From positions 20,978,534-21,042,533 of the forward strand of contig CM120644.1 in NCBI GenBank assembly GCA_051362555.1: DNA of 64,000 bases, read 5' to 3'. Position 1 is the first letter of the stretch, and the number at the start of each line of letters is the position of its first letter. This stretch comes from Lingula anatina (lineage: Eukaryota > Animalia > Brachiopoda). This document shows, piece by piece, positions 36,701 through 48,585 of the stretch. The notes below the pieces were generated by a model. That model searched no databases and had not been told where the DNA came from. It worked only from the letters and a program-made list of their open reading frames with translations. The translations under genes and the position numbers were made by a program.

Positions 36701-38609
36701 GTCCCATAGCACCATTGTATCCGGGGATTGACGGGTTGAAAACATTGTCGTATGACACAAGTAGTGTCTGAAAATCTTGTTTGTCCCCTGATGTCAACAG
36801 AGAATCTGGATCCAACTTTACGGCAGCAGAGTGAAGTACTGGTGACGCAATAGAAATGTTGGCAGGCGAAGTATCCAAAGTGGATGGCTGGAAATCAAGC
36901 GATTTTTCACTATCGCTCACTGGACAGACAAAACCAATGTGAGAGTTGCGTTTCACAATACATGGTAGTTCGGTGTCGTTTGTAAGTCTTATTTTGTTAT
37001 GAACTGATCTTACGACTTGCGGATTTAACCACACAGGCGAAGAATCATTGCCATAGACACATGGTTCAACGGCGAGTTCCTTCTCACCAATCAAATTATC
37101 AGGAATGACAGTTTCAATATAGTCTCCAGGCCAAAGCGTGGAATTTATTGGTCCCGCGCGAAGTATATGAGACTGAGTACGTTTGATGTTTGCTGTAGAT
37201 CGAACGTTTTTTCCAGCATCATACGTAATAGAGGAGCCATCTGAAAAAGAAATCAGCTTTCGGGCTGGTCTTAAAGTAATATCGTTCATCTCTAAAAATG
37301 GAGTTCCGGCCAAAATTTCGGTACTCAACTGGTCTACTACGAGAGCCTCCAGGAAAAACGATCTCTCATTTCGAGTGAGGTGTATACGAGTTTCACCTAT
37401 AACGTTCAAGGTGGATTTCCCGTCTGCCTGGCTGGCTGTTTGTGACTTGTTAGGTAAGATGGGCGCTCCTATCTCTATTGCAGTAGTCTGACTTATCAAA
37501 TTAGACTCGGCACCACAATCGAGTGTTAAATGAACCGGGTGTTGATTGTGATAAGCATCGAAGCATGGCGAAGGACTAATGCGGACACGTTGAACCTCTG
37601 CGCTGGGAATCTCAAAATTTGAGTTGGTAGACACGTCTGCTACAACAATTTCCTCATCAGAGGATGACTCTTCATTGCACATAACCTGGTGAGTCCTGGT
37701 GATGTAAAGTTTATCTTGCTCGGGTAAAAATTTGCAAGTGCTGAGAAAATGATCGTAGCGTTGTCGACCGGCCTGTTTACAAAGCGGGCAAGAACGTTTT
37801 TTTGCGTTGAAAATAGGGCCGTGCTCCTTCACGGGAGAGAAAATTTTGGGTTTTTGCTTTGTAATTGCTCTCATGGCACGAATTTCCTCGTGAGAATTCA
37901 ATTGATCCAATAATGAATCTAAAGCTTGAGATATTTCAGGTTTGATTGAAGCGAGAGTTCGAGATCGTAACTCCGTTCCGTATCGCTCTTTCACTAGCAA
38001 GGGCAAATCTTTATGAATTAACTTCAACCAGGTGAGTATGACAAAGTTTTCTAAAGAAGGCGAAATTTCTTCGTCGTCTGTCATAACCTCGTTGTGATGA
38101 GTAATACCACCATCGGCGGTGAGCAAATTGTCTTCTACAAACGCCATTAAACGCTGATATAAATCCTCCGGCCTCTCGTCGGGTTCAAGTTTTATTTGCG
38201 CAAAGTCTAAAAAGTGAGCGCCGGTTGATTGAAAACCAAAGTGTAACCGAATAGACTGCCAAACAGAATTCAGACTGGTAGAGTTTTTCACAATTGATCC
38301 ACGTGAAATTACTGGACAAAAGTTGGCTATTTGATTTAGCATAGACTCTAATTGGGTTACCTTTTGCTGTGCTGTGCGTCGTTGTCTCTCAGAAATGGTA
38401 TCGTCGTCGTCGACAAATCCGCGTAGAGGATTTTGTTTGGTTTTCTTCAACCATGTCACACTACTTGACAAAAAGTGCGAAAATGTTGCATCTTGTGAAA
38501 GCAGAAACTCGAGATTTTGCTTCCACTTCTCGAAGGATCCTATTGTCTCCGTTTTTGTAAGCACCCATTGCTTTGGTGCTCTAAGTGAACTTGTATTTGT
38601 ACTAGCCAT
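33756..38609 (-). CDS. Gag-Pol polyprotein (gag, protease, RT, RNase H, integrase)
   Basis: Uninterrupted ORF of ~1617 aa from the ATG at 38609. CxxC..H..C knuckle, LDCGAE protease, DLSSAFYQ and IADD RT motifs, VTDAS RNase H, HHCC plus D,D,E integrase, in Gypsy order. Confidence 0.95.
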   Translation of the reverse strand: MASTNTSSLRAPKQWVLTKTETIGSFEKWKQNLEFLLSQDATFSHFLSSSVTWLKKTKQNPLRGFVDDDDTISERQRRTAQQKVTQLESMLNQIANFCPVISRGSIVKNSTSLNSVWQSIRLHFGFQSTGAHFLDFAQIKLEPDERPEDLYQRLMAFVEDNLLTADGGITHHNEVMTDDEEISPSLENFVILTWLKLIHKDLPLLVKERYGTELRSRTLASIKPEISQALDSLLDQLNSHEEIRAMRAITKQKPKIFSPVKEHGPIFNAKKRSCPLCKQAGRQRYDHFLSTCKFLPEQDKLYITRTHQVMCNEESSSDEEIVVADVSTNSNFEIPSAEVQRVRISPSPCFDAYHNQHPVHLTLDCGAESNLISQTTAIEIGAPILPNKSQTASQADGKSTLNVIGETRIHLTRNERSFFLEALVVDQLSTEILAGTPFLEMNDITLRPARKLISFSDGSSITYDAGKNVRSTANIKRTQSHILRAGPINSTLWPGDYIETVIPDNLIGEKELAVEPCVYGNDSSPVWLNPQVVRSVHNKIRLTNDTELPCIVKRNSHIGFVCPVSDSEKSLDFQPSTLDTSPANISIASPVLHSAAVKLDPDSLLTSGDKQDFQTLLVSYDNVFNPSIPGYNGAMGPFKSVVNMGPTQPPQRKGRIPQYSRDKLVDLQEKFDFLESVGVFAKPEDVGVNVEYLNPSFLVKKSNGSFRLVTAFNEVGKYCKPQPSLLPDVNSTLRNIGGWKHIITTDLSSAFYQIPLDKNSMKYCGVATPFKGVRVYTRSAMGMPGSETALEEMMSRVLGDLIMKGVVCKIADDLYCGGETVKELMDNFRQVLRALSKCDLRLSPTKTVICPRETTILGWTWRSGFLSANTHRISTLSNCDRPMTVFALRSFIGAYKAFARVLPGCASILAPLDSMTAGKQSQDKLSWTEENIVAFENSKKALLNHRSIMIPRINDELWLVTDASSRHSGLAATLYAKRGDKLRLSGFFSAKLRKHQVTWIPCELEALAIASAIKHFAPYIIQSSHQTHVLTDSKPCVQAHVKLCRGEFSASPRVSTFLSLASRYHVSVQHLAGSDNIPTDFASRNAKECQNQKCQVCSFVYDLQNCVVSSVSTNDVLSEIKQLPFTNRKAWLQIQQECYDLRRTKAHLSQGTRPSKKNNGVSNVKRYLHIEGLTIAKDGLLVVRRQSPLENERDLIVVPRQVLSGLLTALHIRLEHPSSYQLKSVVKRYFYALNLDKEADETSHSCHRCASLKKIPHLQQEQSSEEPPPTVGASFAADIMKRHSQNILIVRETVTSFTTACFVKDETKDSLREGLIQLCAEMRPLDGPFAVIRTDSAPGFKSLVSDESLRSSRLVIEIGRPKNINKNPVAEKAVQELQDEILRKDPSRDSISQTTLSLCVAQLNSRMRRGGLSAREMLFQRDQFTCQQIPTSDRKLIIDQHSIRAKNHDSSMQSKAPLKQSANDNNLSVGDIVYLHHDKTKNYDRDRYIVVKVDGHWCNVQKFIGNQLRSMSYRVKQSDCYKVPVYKWRKVNDLCSDNSDDSDLSLSDYENVNTADNDKEPCNDFDSFHEFQPQVDESNENGEIETPSDLCEQPAQTLRRSTRKKQTPRYLTDYVLL

Positions 38610-38668
38610 TTTCAAATGTATCTCTGACGTACGTAGTTACGAAATTTTAAAAATACCGCTGCCACCAC

Positions 38669-38855
38669 GCCATGACATGAAGCAAACAAACACGTCTTTA
38701 GTGTCCAAATCATATACCTCAAGTGCCGACAAGGCACTCAGCGTTTATTTACATGCAAATCAGGCAGATGACCAAGTGTCACTGCTAGAGGCAATTACGT
38801 ACTATACAGCTGTGTTTACTCGTTACAATCGAATGCACTTTACATAATGCTGGCG
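38669..38855 (-). repeat. 5' LTR
   Basis: Identical by eye to 33348-33534 and followed directly by the PBS. Confidence 0.93.
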
Positions 38856-39600
38856 CACAATATCATACCCCGGGAAAAATTTTGTACGACGACCATGAGT
38901 TCAACCTGTCACCCGGGTATTGTGCCTCGTTTTCATCAAGTAGGAGTTGTAAAAATACAACAGTCTGGCAACAGGTGAAGCTGGTAAAAAAATCGAATAG
39001 TTTCACAGGGTTCTGACCAGAGTGCAACATTGTGACATTGTTGCCCAAAAATTGGAAATGTCGCCAAAAAATTCCTGGAGATGCGCCCGCGGGCGCACTC
39101 GTAAAAGGGGACCGAAGTATCAAATAAACGTACCCAGTACGCTTATTAATTTTTCAAAAATCTTCCACCCGGTATGTTTATTAAATACCTATCGTACTGG
39201 TGGGAAATTATACAAGTACAAGTCAAGTTTTTTATTTTCTAAAATTGAAATATAATGAGAAGAAATACCGATGCAGCTACTGTTCGACATACAGCACTGG
39301 AAAGTAGCCTAGGTCAAGCGGAAGTCGCTCTCTGAACACAACAATACATGCGTCATCTGATTTCAGTTCCGGCTTTCACGAAACGTTTCGCAGTTTGCGC
39401 ATTCGCTATGGTTTGCGCAATCGCGCTAATTTTTTTTGCGTAGCTTTCTTGAAACCATTCGCAATTTTTTTCGCTGTTAGAGCACAACGTCGTGCCCGGA
39501 AGTAAATATTGTAATCTCGAAACACTGCTCTTCGGGCCGCGGAGGCAAGAAATATAACAACAAATGCTGGTGCTCCATGAACGTCTGCTCAGCTGACACA

Positions 39601-42600
39601 ATGGAGGATCCGATAGGTTTCCCTAAAAAGCGTAGTCGTTTTTCCGATGAGGAGATTGGTACAATTGTTGACGAGGTGTCTTCTAATCCTGCTCTTTTTT
39701 GCCAACTCTCAAATACTGTTACTCAAAAATCGAAGGAGGAGATTTGGAAAAAGATAACTCAAAAGTAAGTAGACTCTTTCATTTTCATACTTAAACAAAA
39801 CCCCTTAATAGTGCCCCTGCCCCTTTCAGTTAGTAATGGGGGGGGGTGCCTAGCATTGCACCCTGTGTCAGGGTTTCCGTTAGCGCAATATTTGTGCGTC
39901 CCTGACGCTTTTTTATCAAAATTGACCCCCATTTTTAAATGTACTGCGTCCATTTGACACACATTTATCTCATTTATTCTGCGAGTTTTCAAACTGGCTG
40001 GGAATGTGTAAATACAAGGAATACATTTTTGTTTCCTTTCTGGACGATATTTATACTTCATTCGAAGAGACGGGATGAAAATTCCGGGGAGTTCCCAGCT
40101 AATTATACATAATTTATTAACCTCAGTTTCACTCACATATACTATTTTGTGACTGGCTGAGATTGGGGATGACGTAATATACAGTCTCGTTTTCGGTTCC
40201 GTGATACCCTTACACCACAAAATGGCCGCACACATGTGCTCACGCTTTTTGCGTTTTTTACAGACTTGTTCCTCTGTTTCTTCATTATCAGTTGTGCACA
40301 GTAAACAGGGCTAAGCATTTTGTTTAAAAAAATGACGTTGTTGAACTTAAAATACTTCGTTGGTGCACAGCGTAGCAAAAATGAAAACGAAGTGAGGAAG
40401 AGAAACGGATTGATATTGAAATTGGAAAGGTGGGCCCCGGCGGACTTATAATCTGGAGGAGAGGAAAAAGGTGTGTGGAGTTAATATTATTATCAACAGC
40501 AACATAAATCTTACTGCTTTATTACGGGTTCTGAAAATTATCGAGCATATGTATGTCTCTTCTTCCCATCTATCATACACCTGGACCAGTAGTGGTTTCT
40601 TTAGACATATATGGACAGATACAGATGTATGTACCAGTACATGCACCCTACAGTTCACGACCACTAGTTGGAGAAAGTGCACATGGACTCGATGAAGGCT
40701 CACAGTATAATTTCTTGTTATCAAAAAGAAATAAAATGAAGAAGGAATTTAGACTCAGGGTGGACAGTCCCTATCAAAGTTTCAAATGTATGAAAGCGAC
40801 CGCCTTACTTAGCGGTTTCACAATGCATATAGTTATTGCCAAAAACAATGGCTGAGCTAGTTTTCTGATTAACAGTCGTTTTTATGGACATACGTTTGAT
40901 ATTACTGGCTACACATTCTTCATTGTATTTTTTTAGTCCTTGTGTCAATTTACAACGCATTTTTCATTAAATAAAATAAAACTTGTTATGCAAATAATTT
41001 TTTGTCTATATTTTTTCTACAAGTTTATATATAAATATTAATATTAGATTTAATGTCAATGATTAACAAGGCAGCAAAGCTGTCAAATGTACAGACAAAA
41101 AGCAGGAAATAACAAAATAGGCTACTGTCAATTCTGATGCAAAAGTACATTATGTTAAACTGCAAATTCAACATCAAATTTTAATTATGCTCAACAGTTA
41201 ATACCAATGTAAGTAATATGTGAAACAAGCATAAGGCTTCAGGCCCATGGGAGTTCAAGTTCACACTTTGAAAATGTAAAACTTCCAGAAAAAGAAGTCA
41301 ATTAGACTGCTTTTCCAACTCAGGCTGCATTTTAGTCCTGTATTTCTTTTTTGAAAGTTTGGCAATCATAAGTAACATGGTTTTCCCATAATGGTCATCA
41401 TGGCAGCAGCACCCAAAATTGTGTTTTCTTCTATTCTGATGCAATATTACATAATGGTTAACAGCATAATGACAATCAATTTTTAATAACAAAATACATG
41501 TATCATGGATTTTCAGAAAATGTGACTAGCCTGTGACCGACAGACGCAGGTGATGGCAATATGTACAGACACATCTGTGTCTGTACATAAAAATGTTAAA
41601 AAATACACCTGAAAACATCAATAATTTGTCATATTTGTATTACTTCACTTCGGTCTGCGAGATTTTGTTTCAGTCTGACAGAATTTTCAAGCTTGTCAGA
41701 CCGAATGGGCCTTTGATAAAGTCTGTAAAATTTGTAAATGTCAATAAAATTCAGAAAGTTCCATTAGTGACATTCTTTAAATGACCTACACCTACAGCTT
41801 TCACATGATATGGTCTGTCATTGATAGGGATGATCTGGTGGCAGAGTACCCCATAAATAACACTTATGACTTTTGTTGTTTTTATTGCTTGTAATATTTA
41901 TTTCAATGTTATTTCAAACTTATGAATTCTTGACCCCTTAATTTTGAAAATGACCCCCATTTTTAAAAAGTGGGGGTCAAAATGACCCTCGCATGCAAAA
42001 TCTAGTGGAAACCCTGTGTGTTGCTTGTGTAATTTCGTAACAGCAAATCCCATACTAGTAATATTAATAATAATACAGCTTTAAAAGTTGAATTTTTTAT
42101 TTCTGAAAATATGTAATTTTTTCCATGAAAACCGGTGAAAGTATTAAGAAGTAAATTAAATTAAATTAAATTACATAAAATAAAATTAATTACTATGATT
42201 TATACAGGTTGAATTGTTTTGTTATTTAAATCAGAATCAACAGTGTTTCCTTGCATGTGAGGAAATTTTCTGAGGTGCGGAAAAAATGGTACGACTACTG
42301 TAGTCGTACCAAAAGGAAAGAAGCAGAGAGAAGGAAGCAGATGAGGAGGACTGGGGGAGGGCCAGAACCTCCCCAGCTGACAGCTAGAGAGCAAAAAGTA
42401 AGTTTATAAAAATTTATTTTCAAATTATTTTTTTAAAAGTGTGTCCTGTTTGTATTATTATTATTATTATTATTATTATATAATTTTTTTATTATATTTT
42501 CTCTAGGTCATAGAGATCATCGGAGAAGTTGCAGTGGAAGGTGTGCGGGGGTTGGAACACAATGATTCTCTTTGCTTTGAATCTGGTACTACTGATTATG

Positions 42601-43711
42601 ATTTATGAGATTTATATCCATTTAACTATTAATTTGCATTTTTATGAAGTAGTACGTGTATATCATAGAGTTTGATATTAATAAAATTTGAGTAAATGTT
42701 TTAATAATTGATATGTTTTTTTTTATTCAAGATCAGTGTGAGTTGAGCACAGAAATTCCATGTGACCCAGGTAATAATAAGATAAATATCATTTACTGTT
42801 TAAAATTGCATGTTTTGAATATAAATAGGATAAAGGGAATGATTATGTCATATAAAGGAGAAATAATGATGTTATAAGCCATATTTATTTTCTATGTTTT
42901 CTACTGTTTCCTAAAGTTTTTTTTTTTTAATTCAGAAGAAGGTACAAGCTTTGAGACTTCAAGTCCAATTTTTGGTATGTGTATAATTCTATTTCTTTTT
43001 TCCTTTATGAAATGTATTTGTATCCTTAATTAAATCTGCTTTTACTACTTGTTGCAAATAAAAACTTCTAGAAAGTGTAAAAATTGTAAGGAAACTTTTC
43101 AGTAAAATCTAAAACAATTTTCAATTTTGATTTCTTTGTTTGCAGAGAGAGTTGAGGCATCATCCAGATCGCCATGCAGACCATCCAGAAGAACAGTGCA
43201 AAGTAAGTTAATATTGTAAATATTTACTTTTTTTAAAAAAGGGGTTTCCTAACTTACATTTAGCTTTCAACAATATTTTTACATTTTAGTCAACCTTTAA
43301 ATTTGTTAATTATCCCTAGGTCATGAATAGAACAAAATATAATTGAGATAGTGTCATGAAAAATGTATAATGTTACATTGAATTAAAATTTTAGTTCTTT
43401 TTTATAGGCAAGAAGAGAACAAGCACAGGTAATATTCTCAAAGTTTTAAAGTTCTTATCATACATTTTTTCACTAATTAAAGATATATTTTAACACTCAT
43501 ATGTTTTTAAAAGTAAATGTATTTCCTAAACTACCATAATGTTTCATTTTTTTTAGATCCAACAACAGGCCTTTACAAAGAAGAAAGACTGCAGATTGAA
43601 AAAAAGAGATTAAAAATTGAAGAGAGATTAGAAGTGGAGAGAGAAAAAGTGATAGTTCTGAAGCAGATAATGCAGTATTATTCACTGAAAGAAATTCACA
43701 CCAGAAATTAA
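39601..43711 (+). CDS. Myb/SANT-like DNA-binding protein (Harbinger-associated / MSANTD-like), 8 exons: 39601-39764, 42235-42397, 42507-42585, 42732-42770, 42936-42974, 43146-43202, 43408-43428, 43557-43711
   Basis: All introns are GT-AG with compatible phases, giving a 238-aa ORF. Motifs RFSDEE...W..I...IN...R...EVRKKWYD...TGGGP and a C-terminal EERLQIEKKRL coiled coil. Confidence 0.8.
39869..42016. mobile_element. Non-autonomous DNA transposon in intron 1 of the Myb/SANT gene
   Basis: TIR CAGGGTTTCC...GGAAACCCTG, subterminal TGACCCCC repeats, and TGTGT duplicated on both flanks. Confidence 0.75.
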
Positions 43712-43790
43712 ATACTTTGTTATATAGTGAAAGTTCACCTCTATTGTGAAACAATTTTTTTTTTACCATTCACTTAGCAATTATAATTAT

Positions 43791-45826
43791 AACTAGAGGA
43801 TCAGAGAGACGATACCGCCTCCGAATATTGTACCACCAGCTGGAGCAAGCGCATTCGTATAGACCCCCACATACGCAAAATAAGGGACACAGCCACTAGT
43901 CTTATGCTTGACAAGCTGTAAAAATGCAATCAACAAGAATTTTCAAAATACGCAAAAAATATATATAACTTAAAATGGTACAATCAAAGTTAAGTTCATT
44001 GTAAGGTAGGTCAAAGGTCAATTTCAAGGTCACAGTAAATTTCCAGTATATGACTTCCTATTCAACTTCAATAGTAACTACGGACCTATCTCTGCCAGGT
44101 TTGGAGTTAAAAGAGAAAGAAATTAGCAGAGTTCAGTTCATGATTATAAGTAGGTCAAAGGTCAATTTCAAGGTCACACTTAGATTGCCAGTATATGACT
44201 TCCTATTCAAGTTCAATAGTAACTATTGACCTATCTCGCTAGTTTTGGAAATAAAAGGGAACCAAAATTTGCAAAGTTCAATTCATGATAAAAAGTAGGT
44301 CAAAGGTCAATTTCAAGGTCACATTTAGATTGCCAGTATATGACTTCCTATTCAACTTCAATAGTAACTATGGACCTATCTCTGCCAGGTTTGGAGTTAA
44401 AAGAGAAAGAAATTAGCAGAGTTCAGTTTAGGTGAAAAGTAGGTCAAAGGTCAATTTTAAGGTCACATTTAGATTGCCAGTATATGACTTCCTATTCAAC
44501 TTCAATAGAAACTATGGACCTATCTCTGCCAGTTTTGGAGATAAAAGAGAGGCAAAATTTGCAAAGTTCAGTTGATGGTGAAAAGTAAGTCAAAGGTCAA
44601 TTTCAAGGTCACATTTAGATTGCCAGTATATGACTTCATATTCAAGTTCAATAGAAACTATGGACCTATCTCTGCCAGTTTTGGAGATAAAAGAGAGGCA
44701 AAATTTGCAAAGTTCAGGTCATGGTGAAAAGTAGGTCAAAGCTCAATTTCAAGGTCACAGTAAGATTGCCAGTATATGACTTCCTATTCAACTTCAATAG
44801 TAACTATGGACCTATCTCTGCCAGGTTTGGAGATATAAGGGACTAAATGTTATAATTTTAGAGTTACCATAATGTGCAATAAATTTCCTACAGAAAAATT
44901 TAATTAAAATAAAGAAAAGGTCATTTTGGTCAAAATTCTTGAAATGGGAGGTGCTCTGAAGTTCCAGTAGTTCAAATTTGATGAAATAATGTCATTTTTG
45001 ACCACAAGTTGTCTGCTTTGCCAAGCCTTATGTTTTATTTTTCCGGAGTTCAAAATTTATTATCCATTACCGTACTACACATTTTGCTTTCACCACCAAT
45101 ATGTACTTTTTGATACAGTGTAACTCGAAAACCGTATGGAATACAAAAAAACGGAGACCACCCCCAGTGTTGAGCTTTACTTGCTCTACAAAATACAAAA
45201 AAGAATGGGTCTCTAGCATTAACGGTTCCCGAATTAGAGACAGTTTTCAGTTTCGGTATCTAATGGCTGCTACACCCGTGAAAATGCACCGATTGACCCC
45301 AAATTCACACAGGTGAAAGATGACCTGAAGGGTAACATTTTCCAATAATATTATTGGTTAAGTCTGTGTGGTGTCTGAATAACAGCGCAAATAAATTTTT
45401 TTTCGAAAAAAAATTCATTTTTTTGAAAATTTTTGCCCGTTTGACCTTGAAATAAAGGTCAAAGGTCAAATCCAAGGGCATATTTGAAATCTACACATAT
45501 GACTTTTGGAAAGCCGTCTGTAGAAATTTTTCCCATAATTCCTTCCGTAGGGTAGATAATTAGCATTTAATTTTGCCATTTTTGGACAAGGGTGCATTGC
45601 AATGAGTGCCACACCTAGACCCCAATACCGACAAAGCCCAAATTTTACGTGGAACGAGTTGAGATTATAGGTGACCTAAATCCAAGAGATGGGTATGGGG
45701 GCCCTTACCGTCTAGGAGGAGAAGCGGTAACGGTAACATGGCGGCAGAGCCGGCGGAGCTGGCGGAACGGACCGGAAGGGACTAAAACCATGTGTACCGC
45801 CAGCGCTAATGCTGGTGGTACAATTA
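43791..45826. mobile_element. Helentron/HINE-like non-autonomous element with internal ~145-bp x 6 tandem array (44000-44845)
   Basis: Subterminal inverted repeat TGTACCACCAGC (43829-43840) / GCTGGTGGTACA (45811-45822), 3' hairpin at 45793-45822, AAGGTCA-rich core repeats, and A/T-rich ends. Confidence 0.7.
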
Positions 45827-45837
45827 TGCAAAATCTT

Positions 45838-46078
45838 TGTACAGTTTACTTACTTGTTCACCTTTACTGTTTAACTATTTTACTGTTTACTTAATTGTTC
45901 ACAATTACTGTTAAACCATTTTACTGTTTACTTAATTGTTCACCTTTACTGTTAAACCATTTTACTGTTTACTTAATTGTTCACCTTTACTGTTATACCA
46001 TTTTACTGTTTACCTAATTATTCAACATTACTGTTAAACCATTGTACTGTTCACTTACTTGTTCACCTTTACTGTTTG
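45838..46078. repeat. ~39-bp degenerate tandem repeat
   Basis: Recurring actgtttacttaattgttcacctttactgttaaaccatttt. Confidence 0.8.
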
Positions 46079-46419
46079 CACTATTTACATATTAAACAAT
46101 CAAATAAGCATTTAGCACTATTGATCTCCATGTTCAAATGTAAAAAATTATTTTTCCAATTATTATTCTATATACAGTGAATGGTTCATGTGAATAACCC
46201 ACATTGAATATTATTTTCCCAGAACAACAATTGTATTAAATGCATTTGAAGGTTTCAATTATAAAATATGTAAATTTCACATGTAGATTGTTTTTTCATA
46301 TGTTAATGGCAAATTTGAGCAACTACAATGCACAAATTTTTACATAAATAAAAGTATAAAACCATATGTTTTATTGTTACATCTTGTTCATATATAAATT
46401 ACTGACAATGCAAAGAAGT

Positions 46420-46740
46420 ATTAAGAAGCATGAGTCTTCAGAGGTACACATCAAAGCAACAGCACAAGTGCTGATGAACACCGCTCCTGCTAATCAAAGT
46501 GTCACAGCAAACTGCTTGCATTGGCTGCAGAAGGCAGAATCAGAATGCCAAGGAGTTTAAATGAGAAAGGCACACGTCATAGCTAAACACAACCTCTGCT
46601 TTAAGACCTAGGAGTTACTGTGCAAGCTTGACAAGGCCAAGGGAATAGACACAGGGACTTCATACTTGAATGACAAAGCAGCTGCTGTTTTTATGGAACA
46701 TATTGCACTCACCAAGTGCCAGGCTCTGAGAGAAAATTAA
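46420..46740 (+). pseudogene. hAT (ZNF862-like) transposase fragment
   Basis: KKHESSEVH...AHVIAKHN...LCKLDKAKGIDTGTSYLNDKAAAVFMEHIA, with stops and frameshifts. Confidence 0.6.
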
Positions 46741-47159
46741 TAAATATATGAGACTATTGTAGTTCCACGTGTAAAGGCTCAATAGATTTTACATGAAAGG
46801 ATTTAGAAAATTATATTTGAGGACATCTACAAGGGGAGTTGCTGTGAGGGCTGACAAGTGATCCGTTTCACATAAATATATACAAACTGAACCTGTCCTA
46901 GCTCATGCGCAAGGAAATTTCATACCTAGGTAGACACATTTTTCAGGGCAGTAACACTCTATGTGAATATGTTGGTAACCATGTATGTGATGGTGTCAAA
47001 TGAGATCTACTCATACAATGATGAATTTGTGGAAGAAACAAAGGACTGAGCAAGACACACATCCAGCCACCAATACTGACATTGGCAGTGCTGAAATTCT
47101 ACATTGCAAAGCTGAGACTAGCACTGCCAGTGAGCAACAAACTGAAACTTGCACTAGAA

Positions 47160-47375
47160 CTAAGCCTAGCAGATCATTTCAACAAAAATGGTTGACATAT
47201 TATACCCACGTCTTAGATATGACAGAAAAAATCTTATGTGGTGTAACAGTTGCAGTGTTCAAGGGAAGAAAAATGCCCTTGCTGTTAGCATCATAATAAC
47301 ATCTTCCTATCGTTCCCTGAGCAGACATGTTGCTCACAAGGATCACAAACATGCTGTTCAGGAAAAAATAAATTT
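47160..47375 (+). pseudogene. hAT transposase TTF-type zinc-finger fragment
   Basis: RSFQQKWL..YPRLRY...MWCNSC...LSRH....H. Confidence 0.6.
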
Positions 47376-48169
47376 TTCAATATAAACTAGTTCAATAATT
47401 TTAAGTGACTAAACCATTAGCTAGGCTACTACAATTTGATTAGATCATAAATGTATTCATGTATGATATTTAATTTTGATTTTAATGCAGACTATAGTCA
47501 GTTAAAGCTTAAGTGTGGTCTGAGTCTGGAAACATTGATATACTTCATTGCAATATCTTGAATATGGACAAAATAAAAGGCTCAGTGATCAAGATAGGCA
47601 GAAAACTAACCAGTATTTCAGACGTAACTTTTAAATCTTTTATGTTTGTCTCCAATGTTTTCAACTCACGCACTGTTTTCCCCGCTTTCATGGAGAGGAA
47701 TCTAGAACTAACCATAATGCATTCGAATGCTCAAATCTTAATTGATACCATCAGTCTCCTCCTCAATTGCCTCATTTTTGAGGTTCCGTCAATGAAGTTG
47801 AAAGACAATTTGGAACAAGGCATATTCTTGTTCTTAGAGACCAACTTAGTGCACAGATAACGTTACGTCATTATTTTGTGAAGAAGAGATACCGCGAGTA
47901 GCAATTTGTAGGGTGAGGGTTATAAAAATGTGACAGTACAAAATAGTGCTTATGATCAACAGTAATAAAGGCAATGGAAGCAAATTTAAGGAGAATTTTA
48001 CATAAAAGTACGAGGTTACGTCATGCATCAGAAGTAGTTTTTTTCCCCGCATGCTTTCATCTTCAACTGTCAAAATGGAAAAATTTCTACTTATCAAGTC
48101 CGACAGAGAAGTTAACAAAAGAAATACAATTGAGGAAAAAAAACAAAATAAGAAAGATTATGACAATAC

Positions 48170-48585
48170 CAAACAAAAAATAACAATTCAGAACTCATTG
48201 AAAGGTGACTTCAAATGGCTGATTTGCAATGAGTTGAGTGGCAACATTTTTTGTAAAACCTGCAGGGCTGTCTATGGGCCATTAGCGTGCAGGACTGTTC
48301 CCGACCACTTTAAGCAATATTCATAGTGGCCCTTTGTGCTGGATTGCGCCAATCTAAGGCTTGATGCTCTGTCCACTCACCAGGGCAGTCAGGGTCACAA
48401 AGATACCCAGACCTAACTCACAAACCAGAAGGAACCAAATGCTACGCCCGCTTCCAAAAACTTACAACTTCTAAACAGGTCAGTTTTTGAAAAACTTTGT
48501 AACTTTTTCCAAAATGCCCATGCAGTGGTGAAAAAAATGCCACCCAATAAGCGACTTCGTTTGAGTGCAAGTTGATTTTACTGTG
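48170..48585 (+). pseudogene. hAT transposase N-terminal fragment
   Basis: FKWL...IFCKTCR...GPFVLDCANLRLDALSTHQGSQGH...FQNAHAVVKK, disrupted. Confidence 0.55.

Larger units (their letters stand above)
33348..38855 (-). mobile_element. Full-length Gypsy/Ty3 LTR retrotransposon
   Basis: Two identical 187-bp LTRs, PBS TGGTGGCAGCGGT (38655-38667), a purine tract before the 3' LTR (~33541-33570), and a single gag-pol ORF. Confidence 0.96.

Noticed and set aside
34326-38847. Plus-strand ORFs within the Gypsy element and LTR
   Set aside because: Antisense shadows of gag-pol with no recognisable domains.
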